Shown here piece after piece: positions 17,239-26,183 of a stretch of 64,000 nt of DNA. Both the position numbers and the translations under genes were made by a program. The notes beneath the pieces are model-generated. The model was not told the DNA's origin. It searched no databases and saw nothing but the letters and a program-made list of their open reading frames with translations. This DNA is from a virus. Taxonomy: Duplodnaviria; Caudoviricetes. The stretch's first letter is position 1, and every line of letters starts with the position of its first letter. Location: IMG/VR virus record IMGVR_UViG_2909979649_000007, positions 23,525 to 87,524 of that record; one strand, given 5' to 3'.

Positions 17239-18783
17239 ATGAGCATTAATGTAAAGTTGTCTTTCTTGTTGGGGGCTGGGTTAGCCTCAGTTCTTTGTTG
17301 TAGCACTCAGGCTGAAGTTAGATGGTATGCTCCTTACACTTCACATGATCCATGGAAAACAGACAGTATATCAGGTGTCTATGTAGCCACTCCCTATGAG
17401 TCTTGCATAGAGCAGATGAATTCGTATCAGCGTTCTGCAGATGCTTTTAGGAAAGATGGCCGAGGATATAGTTTTTTAGCTGTTGAAAATACTTATTGGG
17501 CAGGGAAGGTAAATCCTAATTTTAAAAAGTGCTCTTATTTATTTACTTATCCAAATGGCTATAGCTATCAATGGCACCTGAATGCAGGTCTTCAAGGAAA
17601 AGGGTGTGAGTCTCCTTTAGTCTTTGACGAGAAAGTCAGTGGTTGTATTAACAAAAATGCACAGCCTCAAAGCTGCGAGACGTTAAAAGGAAACCCTGTC
17701 AATATTGCTACAGGCAATAAAATTCAGTGGTTTACTGACTTAAGCTTGTCCAACTTATCTATTAAGCGCCTTTATCTTCAAGCAGGTAAAACGGGTAGTT
17801 GGCGTTTTAGCTTTAGTCGTAAGTTAAGTGTTTATCTCAGTGCCGATAACCTCATTGCCCACATCACTCGTGACAACGGCCAGGAAGTAGTTATGTACCA
17901 AGAAGATGGTGTTTGGCAGGATGATGATGCTAACGGTTATCAAGTTAAGGCATTGGAAAATGGTCAATACCAGCTAGTAACAGCTGCTAACTTAACCGAG
18001 ACCTATGATAATCAAGGCCGCTTAATTAAAGTTGAGTCTCCCTCACAGCAGGCAATAGAATTGGCTTATGAGGATAAAAAGTTAGTTATTAGTCAAGGCA
18101 ATTCATCGATTAACTATCACCTCAACGATAATCAGCAAATTACCCGTATTGAAAGCGGTAGTTTAGTGCGTAATTATCAATATGATGAGCAAGGTCAATT
18201 AACGAGTGCTGATTTTAATGGTAACTATAAGGAAACCTACCATTATGAGAATGATCAGTATCCTACCTTATTAACGGGTATTACCAACGCGAACAATCAA
18301 CGTTATGCTACTTGGCAGTATGATGAAAAGGGCCGTGCCACAGTTAGTAAACACGCAGGGGATGTAGATAATGTTACGTTTAGCTATCCTGATGAAAACT
18401 CAACGACTGTTACTAATCCTCTCGGTAAGAAAACCACGTATCGTTTTGAGGAAATAAATGGTTTTCGTAAAGTAAAATCAGTGGAAGGTCATGCCTCTGC
18501 TAATTGCTTAGCCGCTAATAAAGACTACGAATATTTCGATAATGGGTTATTAAAATCCAAAACCGATTGGCAAGGTGTTAAAACTACTTATCAATATAAT
18601 GATCGTGGTTTAGCAACTGAAAAAACAGAAGCGGCAGGTACACCACAAGCTCGAACAGTATCCACGGAATGGCACGAAACCTTTAGTTTACCAGTAAAGG
18701 TGACAGAACCAGGTAAAACCACCATTTACGAATATAGCGATAAAGGCCAGCTAACAAGTCAACGGCAGGAAAGCGCTAAATAA
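17239..18783 (+). CDS. Secreted Rhs/YD-repeat protein, N-terminal chain (signal peptide, Cys-rich domain, DUF6531, YD repeats)
   Basis: MSINVKLSFLLGAGLASVLCCSTQA; GNPVNIATGNK; repeated YDxxGxL. Confidence 0.88.
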   Translation: MSINVKLSFLLGAGLASVLCCSTQAEVRWYAPYTSHDPWKTDSISGVYVATPYESCIEQMNSYQRSADAFRKDGRGYSFLAVENTYWAGKVNPNFKKCSYLFTYPNGYSYQWHLNAGLQGKGCESPLVFDEKVSGCINKNAQPQSCETLKGNPVNIATGNKIQWFTDLSLSNLSIKRLYLQAGKTGSWRFSFSRKLSVYLSADNLIAHITRDNGQEVVMYQEDGVWQDDDANGYQVKALENGQYQLVTAANLTETYDNQGRLIKVESPSQQAIELAYEDKKLVISQGNSSINYHLNDNQQITRIESGSLVRNYQYDEQGQLTSADFNGNYKETYHYENDQYPTLLTGITNANNQRYATWQYDEKGRATVSKHAGDVDNVTFSYPDENSTTVTNPLGKKTTYRFEEINGFRKVKSVEGHASANCLAANKDYEYFDNGLLKSKTDWQGVKTTYQYNDRGLATEKTEAAGTPQARTVSTEWHETFSLPVKVTEPGKTTIYEYSDKGQLTSQRQESAK

Positions 18784-18859
18784 AATCAATTAATTTAAAT
18801 TGCTAGGCGGCACTAGACCGCCTTGGCCAGGTTTTAAATTTATTTTGAGTAGTCATATT

Positions 18860-21490
18860 ATGCAGTTTAAACAGACTTTATTAGCCGGGGCTTTATCGTT
18901 AGTTATTTCCCCGTTAGCGCTTTCAGCGATCACTACTAATACCAGCTATCAATATAATGACCAGAACAAGGTTAGCCAAATTGATGGTCCACGCACTGAT
19001 GTGCAAGATATCACTCAATTTCGTTACAACAATGAAGGGCAATTAACCGAAGTTGTTAATGCACTGGGACATTCGACACAATTATCTGACCATAATGCCT
19101 TTGGAAATCCCCAGAAAATTACTGATGCTAATGGCACGGTAACTAATCTGTCCTATGATGAGATGGGGCAATTAACCCAATCCACTATTAAAAGTACAGC
19201 GGGTGATATCACCACTCGCTTTGAATACGATGCCATTGGCCAAGTGACAGCGATCTATTTACCCAATAGCAGTGAATTGCATTATGAATATGATGGAGCG
19301 AAACGTTTAACGGCTATTCAAAATGGTTTAGGCGAGCGTGTCGAATATCAACACGATAATGCTGGGAATATTACTAAGCAGGTCGTTAAATCTTCTACTG
19401 GCGCAGTAGTCAGCCAATTTAGCCAGGCTTATGATGAAATGAGTAGACTGTTAAAGTCTGTTGGCGCTAATGGTCAAACCAGCCGGTTTGAATACGATAA
19501 AAACAGTAATACAACAGGTGCAACTAATCCTCGTAATTATAAAAGTGGTAATGCGTATGATGCGTTAAATCGGTTAGTCACTAGCACTGATGCATTAAAC
19601 CAAAACACCCAATTTAAATACGATTCGCAAGATAATTTAACCCAAGTCACTGACCCGCGCGGCGTTACCACCACTTATCAATATGATGGTTTAGGGCGTT
19701 TGGTAAAAGAAGTCAGCCCTAGCAGTGGTGAAACGGTTTATAGCCATGATGCCGCCGGTAATGTGACTCAAAAGGTAGATGGCCGTGGTGTTGTTACCAA
19801 ATACAGCTATGACGCTTTAAACCGTCAAACCAGCCGGTCTTATCCTGCTAGTCCAGAGCTGAATGTTACTTACCTTTATGATGGCACCAATGATGGTAAC
19901 AAAGGCATTGGCCGCTTAACGGGCATTCAGGATCAATCAGGCTTAATTGCTTACCAATATGATGACCGGGGTAATGTTACCAAAACCATGCGCTCGGTTA
20001 GCTTCAATGGTAAGGATCAATTCTTTGGTGTGGCCTATGGCTACAACCTAGCTAACCAACTGACTCGTATCCAATACCCCTCTGGTTTAACTATCAGCTA
20101 CCAACGCAATAGCAATGGGCAAGTTAACCAGGTTACCGGTCAATTTAAGGGCAGCGATCAGGTCATTAATTTAGCCAACAATATTGGCTATGTACCGTTT
20201 GGCCCTGTACAACAACTGACGTGGGGTAATGGGAAAACCTTAAACCGCCAATATGATCAGGACTTACAGTTAATTCAGCAAACGGTACAAGGCATCCAAG
20301 AGCTGAATTACCAGTACGATCCAAACGGAAACATTACCGGCATTGATAACTTATTAGCTCAGCAAAACAACAGCTCATATGGTTATGATGCGTTAGACCG
20401 CTTAATCGAAGAGCAAGCTAACTATGGCCGTAAAACCTATGAATATGATCCGGTCGGTAACCGTACTAAGCGTACAACCGAAAAAGCCGGTAAAACTGAA
20501 ACCCAAAAACTAACTTATGCCGAAAACAGCAACCGCTTAATCAAGCATGAAGAAAGCAATGTCAGTTATGACGGCATGGGCAATACCCAAAATAATGGTA
20601 ATGGTTTACAGCTCCAATATGATGGTCAAGGGCGATTAAAAGCTGTTGTTAAAGGTGGAACTACCCAAGCTGAATACCGTTATAACGCGATTGGCGAACG
20701 ATTAGTAAAAGTCTTAAATAACCAAACCGTTATTTACAACTATGACCAAAACGGGCAACTGTTAGCAGAAGCTTATTACAACGCTAACAACCAGCTGTTC
20801 TACACCCGCAACTATGCATGGTTAGGTACTCAACCAATTGCCATGTTAGAGCAATGGCTAAACGACAAAGGCCAAAGCACTAAACAGCAAGTGGCGTATA
20901 TTCACAGTGATCACCTTAACACCCCGCGAGTTGCCTCCAATACAGCAGGCCAGGCTGTTTGGCAGTGGCAATCAGATGCCTTTGGGGTTGGCCGGGCCAA
21001 TGAAGATGTTGATGGCAATGGCCAGAAAACAGTGGTTGCACTGCGTTTTCCTGGGCAGGTTTTTGACCCAGAGTCAGGACTACACTACAACTACTTTAGG
21101 GATTATGACCCTAACCTTGGACGCTATGTTCAGAGTGATCCGATTGGACTTGAAGGTGGACTGAATACTTATGCTTATGTATTGGGTAACCCTCTAAAAT
21201 ACTCAGACTCTACTGGAGAGGCAGCAAATCCAGTATCAACTGCTGGAGGAGCAGTCCTTGGCTTCGGTTGGGGAGTAGTAAGTGAAGTTACTTCTCAAAT
21301 TCAAAATGGATTTGATCCAGTAAAAATCATATTATACCCGATTGCTGATGGAGTAACAGGAGCAATGGCTTGTAGTATGAATCCATATTTAATGGGAGGA
21401 GCATATCCTGCAAATACTACTATGAAGCGTGCTGCTGATGCATTATCTAATGGCTTAAAAGAAGCAATGTCAGGTATGGCAGGCAATTAA
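18860..21490 (+). CDS. Secreted Rhs repeat-associated core protein with short C-terminal extension (start 18860)
   Basis: MQFKQTLLAGALSLVISPLALSA signal; YD repeats; HSDHLNTPR, LRFPGQ, GLHYNYFRDYDP..GRYVQSDPIGLEGG.N.Y.Y..GNP...D. Confidence 0.93.
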   Translation: MQFKQTLLAGALSLVISPLALSAITTNTSYQYNDQNKVSQIDGPRTDVQDITQFRYNNEGQLTEVVNALGHSTQLSDHNAFGNPQKITDANGTVTNLSYDEMGQLTQSTIKSTAGDITTRFEYDAIGQVTAIYLPNSSELHYEYDGAKRLTAIQNGLGERVEYQHDNAGNITKQVVKSSTGAVVSQFSQAYDEMSRLLKSVGANGQTSRFEYDKNSNTTGATNPRNYKSGNAYDALNRLVTSTDALNQNTQFKYDSQDNLTQVTDPRGVTTTYQYDGLGRLVKEVSPSSGETVYSHDAAGNVTQKVDGRGVVTKYSYDALNRQTSRSYPASPELNVTYLYDGTNDGNKGIGRLTGIQDQSGLIAYQYDDRGNVTKTMRSVSFNGKDQFFGVAYGYNLANQLTRIQYPSGLTISYQRNSNGQVNQVTGQFKGSDQVINLANNIGYVPFGPVQQLTWGNGKTLNRQYDQDLQLIQQTVQGIQELNYQYDPNGNITGIDNLLAQQNNSSYGYDALDRLIEEQANYGRKTYEYDPVGNRTKRTTEKAGKTETQKLTYAENSNRLIKHEESNVSYDGMGNTQNNGNGLQLQYDGQGRLKAVVKGGTTQAEYRYNAIGERLVKVLNNQTVIYNYDQNGQLLAEAYYNANNQLFYTRNYAWLGTQPIAMLEQWLNDKGQSTKQQVAYIHSDHLNTPRVASNTAGQAVWQWQSDAFGVGRANEDVDGNGQKTVVALRFPGQVFDPESGLHYNYFRDYDPNLGRYVQSDPIGLEGGLNTYAYVLGNPLKYSDSTGEAANPVSTAGGAVLGFGWGVVSEVTSQIQNGFDPVKIILYPIADGVTGAMACSMNPYLMGGAYPANTTMKRAADALSNGLKEAMSGMAGN

Positions 21491-21596
21491 TACTACTATA
21501 ATACTAGAGCCAAGCATTGCTTGGCATCTGAAAAAAGTTTAGTTTTTAAAATTTTAAGCCATAGCAAAATATAAATTTTGGTATTCAGGATTAAAA

Positions 21597-21830
21597 GTGA
21601 AATATTTAATAAATAATATTATTACCTCAAATAATGCAAAGTACTTTGTGAAAAATAGACTAACATTGTGCTGTTGTTTGTTTGCACACTTTCTAGCTTT
21701 AGTTGGCACATTACATGGAGAAGTTACTAGTGCTATACCTTTATTTTTTATGTTTGTTTTACCTACTATTTATCTTCTAATAATGAAGGGTATGTTCGAT
21801 AAGCAAAAAATTAGTACTAACTCAGAATAA
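21597..21830 (+). CDS. Small 2-TM protein, candidate Rhs immunity
   Basis: AT-rich, directly downstream of the Rhs tip, two hydrophobic segments. Confidence 0.45.
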   Translation: MKYLINNIITSNNAKYFVKNRLTLCCCLFAHFLALVGTLHGEVTSAIPLFFMFVLPTIYLLIMKGMFDKQKISTNSE

Positions 21831-21838
21831 TTAAGTTT

Positions 21839-21975
21839 CTACAAAAAACCCCACTTTGAATTATGTTTTAAAATCAAGCTTTCCAATAAAGCTTTAGCGA
21901 TTTTAATCTCTTCCTCATCAAACTGATTGAGAGAGCCTCAAACTGGTGTTTCAGCTCTATCTCTAGGCTCTCCGT
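21839..21975 (-). pseudogene. Frameshifted C-terminal remnant of an XRE regulator of the type found beside Rhs loci
   Basis: ELKHQFEAL-(2-nt shift)-NQFDEEEIKIAKALLESLILKHNSKW. Confidence 0.65.
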
Positions 21976-22101
21976 TTGAAGATTGATTCAAGGTGGAGCA
22001 CACTAAACTACTAGTATACACTTTGATGGTAATCAAAGTAGATAAGCCCCTGCTAATCAGCGGGCTTACCTGCTCTCCCCTCCTATCGTTTATCACCTTG
22101 T

Positions 22102-22155
22102 TCATCTACTTCGTATACGCTTGCCACCCATCCAGGCAAAGATAGGCTTAGACAT
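22102..22155 (-). pseudogene. N-terminal remnant of a phage DNA adenine methyltransferase (Dam/D12)
   Basis: AAGGAG SD then MSKPIFAWMGGKR followed by an early stop. Confidence 0.7.
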
Positions 22156-22427
22156 GGAGTCTCCTTCTACAAGGTGTAGCGAACCAAATTACCGTCATAC
22201 TTTTTACCAAATTATTGGTCGTACAGTTTGGTGGTTATTTAGGGAAGGTGCGATGAAGGTTAATAAGGCTAGGGGTAATTGGCGCTTCATTCTACTGGCT
22301 GTTTTGTGTTGTCGCTTAAGTAGAATAGTAGATATTTTGAAGAAAATAAATTTTCTGGTGTTTTTTAATGGTTAGATTAATATCTTCTTGATCTCAATAG
22401 AGGATAGTTGCAATAAGCTCAACTGTA

Positions 22428-25088
22428 TTAATTTTGAGAATCCACAAGCTTAAGATCAAACTTCTTATGGTCACGATTATATTTTATGACTTCGATTTCC
22501 ACCCAATCACCTTCTTCATAACTATCCAAAGACTCTATATTTTTGAGTTTGCTTTTGTGAACTAAGCCAGTTCCATTTAAGCCAAATTCTACAAAAAAGC
22601 CATATTTTTGGATAGATACTACCTGAGCAGCAACTTGTAGTCCTGGAGGGTACTCATCTTCTAATCTTTTTACAGTACAATATTGATAATCATTTCCAGC
22701 AACTGATGTAACATAATCGTAGATATTGGATATATAGTCATCATTTATGTTAGTATCTTCTTTGAGGATTTTTGCATAACCCATAAAATAGCTTTTATGA
22801 TATGAATTCATATAATCTATAAGGTATTTAGCATTGCTAATCTGTGACTGTTTAGAGTCATTTCTAAATTTACCCCTTCCAATGAGATTATCTGCTATGC
22901 TTTTAGCTACTTGATTTTCTCTAAATAAAGTATCTTCCGATATTGCTGATAAGTAACTTATATTTTTCAACAGTTCAAGGTGGATTATACCTGCTGGTGA
23001 AATGGAAACAAGATCTTCTATATTAATATCAGATTTCTGAGCCTCAGAGCTAACACAACCTGAGAGTATTAAGCTTGATAGCTCGATTAAAATTCTTGAA
23101 TGGGAGTGACCGTAAGACTGAAGATTTTGTACCAAGCTTCCAACTTTATGGAATCCCTTTGTTTTATTAGGACCATACTCTCTAAACTTAGAGTGTAACC
23201 ACTCTAATATAGCAATTCTAACAAATGGATCTGGAAGACTATCCTCACTATCAGAGTTAAATAGATTTTTTATATGGGACTCCTGGTCACTATAGTACTT
23301 CCTCTTTCCCTTCAAAAGTATCTTAGCTATTAAATAATTAGGTAGTCGATAATCTCCATTTGACTGCCTAACCTTTAAAATTTCACTTTCGCTAATATGT
23401 CCACTTTTACAAAAATATAATATAATTTCTAGTCCTTTTCTTATATTACGACCTGCTATTCCAGATATTATTCTTTTAAACATCCTATCTTGAAAAAGAG
23501 ATGCGATCATCGACTTTAAATATTTTCCTATATCAACACGAGAGCACACAACCTTCATATCGTTTGGCAAAAAATATACGAAGTCTGTGTTCTGTTTTTG
23601 AATTTCTCTCAGCACATAATTAAGACGTTCATATATAACTCTATCCAACAGCGGAGGATCAATTCTAAATACTAAATCTTTTATTACAGTATCAAGTGGA
23701 GGTTCATTTCGAAATTGATCGTATGTAGTATCTCTAATTGGCAGAAAGACCATGGTCAAAAAACTGCTCTTTAGCCATGAAGCCACCTCAAACATAAGAA
23801 GTTGATCATCGCGATTTCGTTTGTCACAATTATCTAGCACAATGACTAATAGTTTATTTTTTTTAACAAAATAATGATTTATTATCCCTCTCAAAGTTGC
23901 ACTATGATCGTGCTGCAGCCTTGTAATTTCATTATATATTACATCTATATACTTCTCTGAATCTTTTGGATATAGTGAAGCTATTTTTTCTGTTTTCTCT
24001 AGCTCTTTAGAGTATATTTTCTTTAGCTCTTCTATACTATCAAAATCTATCTTTGAGTGATTTTTTTTAATTTCATTAATAGTTTCACTAACAATCCAAG
24101 TATATATAAGCTCTCTAGATAGAGGTGCTTTATTGAGATTTAAATTTACCCACTCAGTTGAGAGTCTTATTGACTCAGGTAATGCCTTTATGCGAAGGTA
24201 ATCGGTAAATGTTGATTTTCCTGACCCCACGCTACCAATTAGAAGACATATTTCATTTGAAATTTTTTGTGTGTTAGATAGTTGTTCAGTGATTTCTGTA
24301 GGAAATTCGGTATCTTGCAGAGACCTGGCATTAATTATATGCTCAGGTATTGCAGCTCTGACTATTTTATCAATTGGAGAGATATGGGAAAGTTTTCGTT
24401 TTGATTTTACATAAGCATTTTGAACTATTGCAGCGCGATCTTCAGCAGTATCAGGATTAAATAGACATTTGTACTCTACTGAGATATTTGCACCAAATGA
24501 GTTTTCTCCAACTGTTTCATTTTTTACAGATTTTCCGCCAAGCAAGTAAACTGGTTTATAGTATTTTGCTGACTTCTTTATTTTGAGTAATATATCTTGA
24601 CTTCTAGACAAGACAGTTTTTTTTGAAAGAAAATCAATTAATGCTGAAAAATTTGTATCAACTGAACTAAAATTTTTAGATTCGACAAAAATCTCGATTT
24701 TGTTTCTATCACAATATCCTGCCGCAACAACCATCCCATCTGTTACTACAATTTTCTCACATGGATTGATGTTTTTAGGATAAGATGCATTTATTTCATT
24801 TGCATATAGACGAGCTTCCCTTAACGCTTCGTCAATGTCTTCACCAGGTTTTTTAGCCTCAACTATTACTGAAGGCACACCGTCAACAATAATTGCATAA
24901 TCTGGATAATATAATTTTTTATTAGCGCCTTTATCAATAGCCAACTTTCTAATGTCTGGCTTCGTTCTAAAATCTGTATCCGAATAGCCTAAGCCTATAG
25001 GCTCCCCTTCTGTAAGAAGCCTATATATGAATTTCTGTTCTACATCACTCTCAGTTAACAATTCCAATTCACTATAAACTTTATACAT
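22428..25088 (-). CDS. HsdR_N-type nuclease + P-loop NTPase + C-terminal S1 domain protein
   Basis: ESDVEQK..YPDY..IVEAKKP..EARLYA..VTDG; Walker A GSVGSGKST; Walker B VIVLDNCD; S1 VVSIQKYGFFVE..GLVHKS..GDWVE.EV. Confidence 0.85.
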   Translation of the reverse strand: MYKVYSELELLTESDVEQKFIYRLLTEGEPIGLGYSDTDFRTKPDIRKLAIDKGANKKLYYPDYAIIVDGVPSVIVEAKKPGEDIDEALREARLYANEINASYPKNINPCEKIVVTDGMVVAAGYCDRNKIEIFVESKNFSSVDTNFSALIDFLSKKTVLSRSQDILLKIKKSAKYYKPVYLLGGKSVKNETVGENSFGANISVEYKCLFNPDTAEDRAAIVQNAYVKSKRKLSHISPIDKIVRAAIPEHIINARSLQDTEFPTEITEQLSNTQKISNEICLLIGSVGSGKSTFTDYLRIKALPESIRLSTEWVNLNLNKAPLSRELIYTWIVSETINEIKKNHSKIDFDSIEELKKIYSKELEKTEKIASLYPKDSEKYIDVIYNEITRLQHDHSATLRGIINHYFVKKNKLLVIVLDNCDKRNRDDQLLMFEVASWLKSSFLTMVFLPIRDTTYDQFRNEPPLDTVIKDLVFRIDPPLLDRVIYERLNYVLREIQKQNTDFVYFLPNDMKVVCSRVDIGKYLKSMIASLFQDRMFKRIISGIAGRNIRKGLEIILYFCKSGHISESEILKVRQSNGDYRLPNYLIAKILLKGKRKYYSDQESHIKNLFNSDSEDSLPDPFVRIAILEWLHSKFREYGPNKTKGFHKVGSLVQNLQSYGHSHSRILIELSSLILSGCVSSEAQKSDINIEDLVSISPAGIIHLELLKNISYLSAISEDTLFRENQVAKSIADNLIGRGKFRNDSKQSQISNAKYLIDYMNSYHKSYFMGYAKILKEDTNINDDYISNIYDYVTSVAGNDYQYCTVKRLEDEYPPGLQVAAQVVSIQKYGFFVEFGLNGTGLVHKSKLKNIESLDSYEEGDWVEIEVIKYNRDHKKFDLKLVDSQN

Positions 25089-25155
25089 TTCTTTTCTCTT
25101 ATTCCAAATAACTATTTTATGGAATTTCCTGGTTAACTAGCATGAATTCTTTGAC

Positions 25156-26136
25156 TCAACTTTTACTATTGTATGTATTAAAACCACTAGAATTACTTCC
25201 GACAAACCTGAAATTTGTTTTATTGAAAATTTTGAATAACCATTGTGTAAGTATAAGAAACTCATATATACTGTTTCCTATTTCATATTCTTTAGTTGAT
25301 TCTTTAATAACCTCATTTCCAAGTAATTTAGATGCTTCTTCAGAATCAATAACAAAGTTATGATCTTTATAATGATTAGTAAAATGATCAGCAAGAGAAC
25401 TAGCTGATAGATTTCCAGGCAGACTTTTTCCAATTAATAACCTCTCTGCATATTGAGCTGCTGATTCGTTTAGACGTTCAAACAAGCCAAGTTGTACAAC
25501 ACTAACTTTCTCTGCTAAGAATTTAGCAAACATATCTGAAGCACTTGGAAATTTAGAGGTCATTTCTGCAACTTTCTCAATTGCATTAGCTAAGCCTAAA
25601 GCAGGAAACCCCTGTATTTGAGGATCAATTGGCCCCAATTCACTCAATAATCCCATATGAACTTCATTTGCTCCTAGTGCTATTAAAGTTGCTGCTGATT
25701 TAGCTAGACGAGGTACTAAAACATTAAATTTTGACTTTGCTAATTTTTTACATGTTTTGCTAATTAAGTAAGCAGGCTCAATTTGCCCCCCATTTGAATG
25801 AAGTATCATAAGAATATCTTTATCTTTAGAATCTTTTATAGCATGATATATCTGGTTTGCGTGAAAGCTATTTATTGGGTTTTCGTCATCAAACAGGTAA
25901 ATTATATTGTAGCTAGATAGATTAGTTTCCTTAGTTAGATCACATAAATGGGCTGATATTATTTTTTTTATATTATCTTCAGGTTCTTTATTTCGAAACA
26001 TTTCAACATATTCTTCTTCGTTGAATTTTTTGCTTACAGTTTCTTTTTTATCTTGTTTGGTATTTGTTATTTTAAACTCATCTACTACTTCCTTCTTATT
26101 TTCCATGCTTGCAATGTTTTCAATTGATGAGTTCAT
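25156..26136 (-). CDS. SDH-family Clp-fold serine protease
   Basis: LHSNGG..A..I..VPRLAKSAATLIALGA..M..SELGPIDPQI..HNFVID. Confidence 0.85.
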   Translation of the reverse strand: MNSSIENIASMENKKEVVDEFKITNTKQDKKETVSKKFNEEEYVEMFRNKEPEDNIKKIISAHLCDLTKETNLSSYNIIYLFDDENPINSFHANQIYHAIKDSKDKDILMILHSNGGQIEPAYLISKTCKKLAKSKFNVLVPRLAKSAATLIALGANEVHMGLLSELGPIDPQIQGFPALGLANAIEKVAEMTSKFPSASDMFAKFLAEKVSVVQLGLFERLNESAAQYAERLLIGKSLPGNLSASSLADHFTNHYKDHNFVIDSEEASKLLGNEVIKESTKEYEIGNSIYEFLILTQWLFKIFNKTNFRFVGSNSSGFNTYNSKS

Positions 26137-26183
26137 GATGCCTCCTTGAAGACAGTTCTTTTATTTTATATAAATATTTTTCC

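Noticed and set aside
17239-21490. Rhs broken by a frameshift, or a T6SS/PAAR-delivered cargo of the phage tail
   Set aside because: The second gene has its own signal peptide; both chains are Sec-type and lack PAAR/VgrG adaptors.
21958-21971. 14-bp match to 62341-62354 as att sites
   Set aside because: It is inverted rather than direct, lies within hairpins, and about ten such matches are expected by chance in 64 kb.
22428-25088. Type I restriction-modification HsdR
   Set aside because: No DEAD helicase motifs and no hsdM/hsdS.
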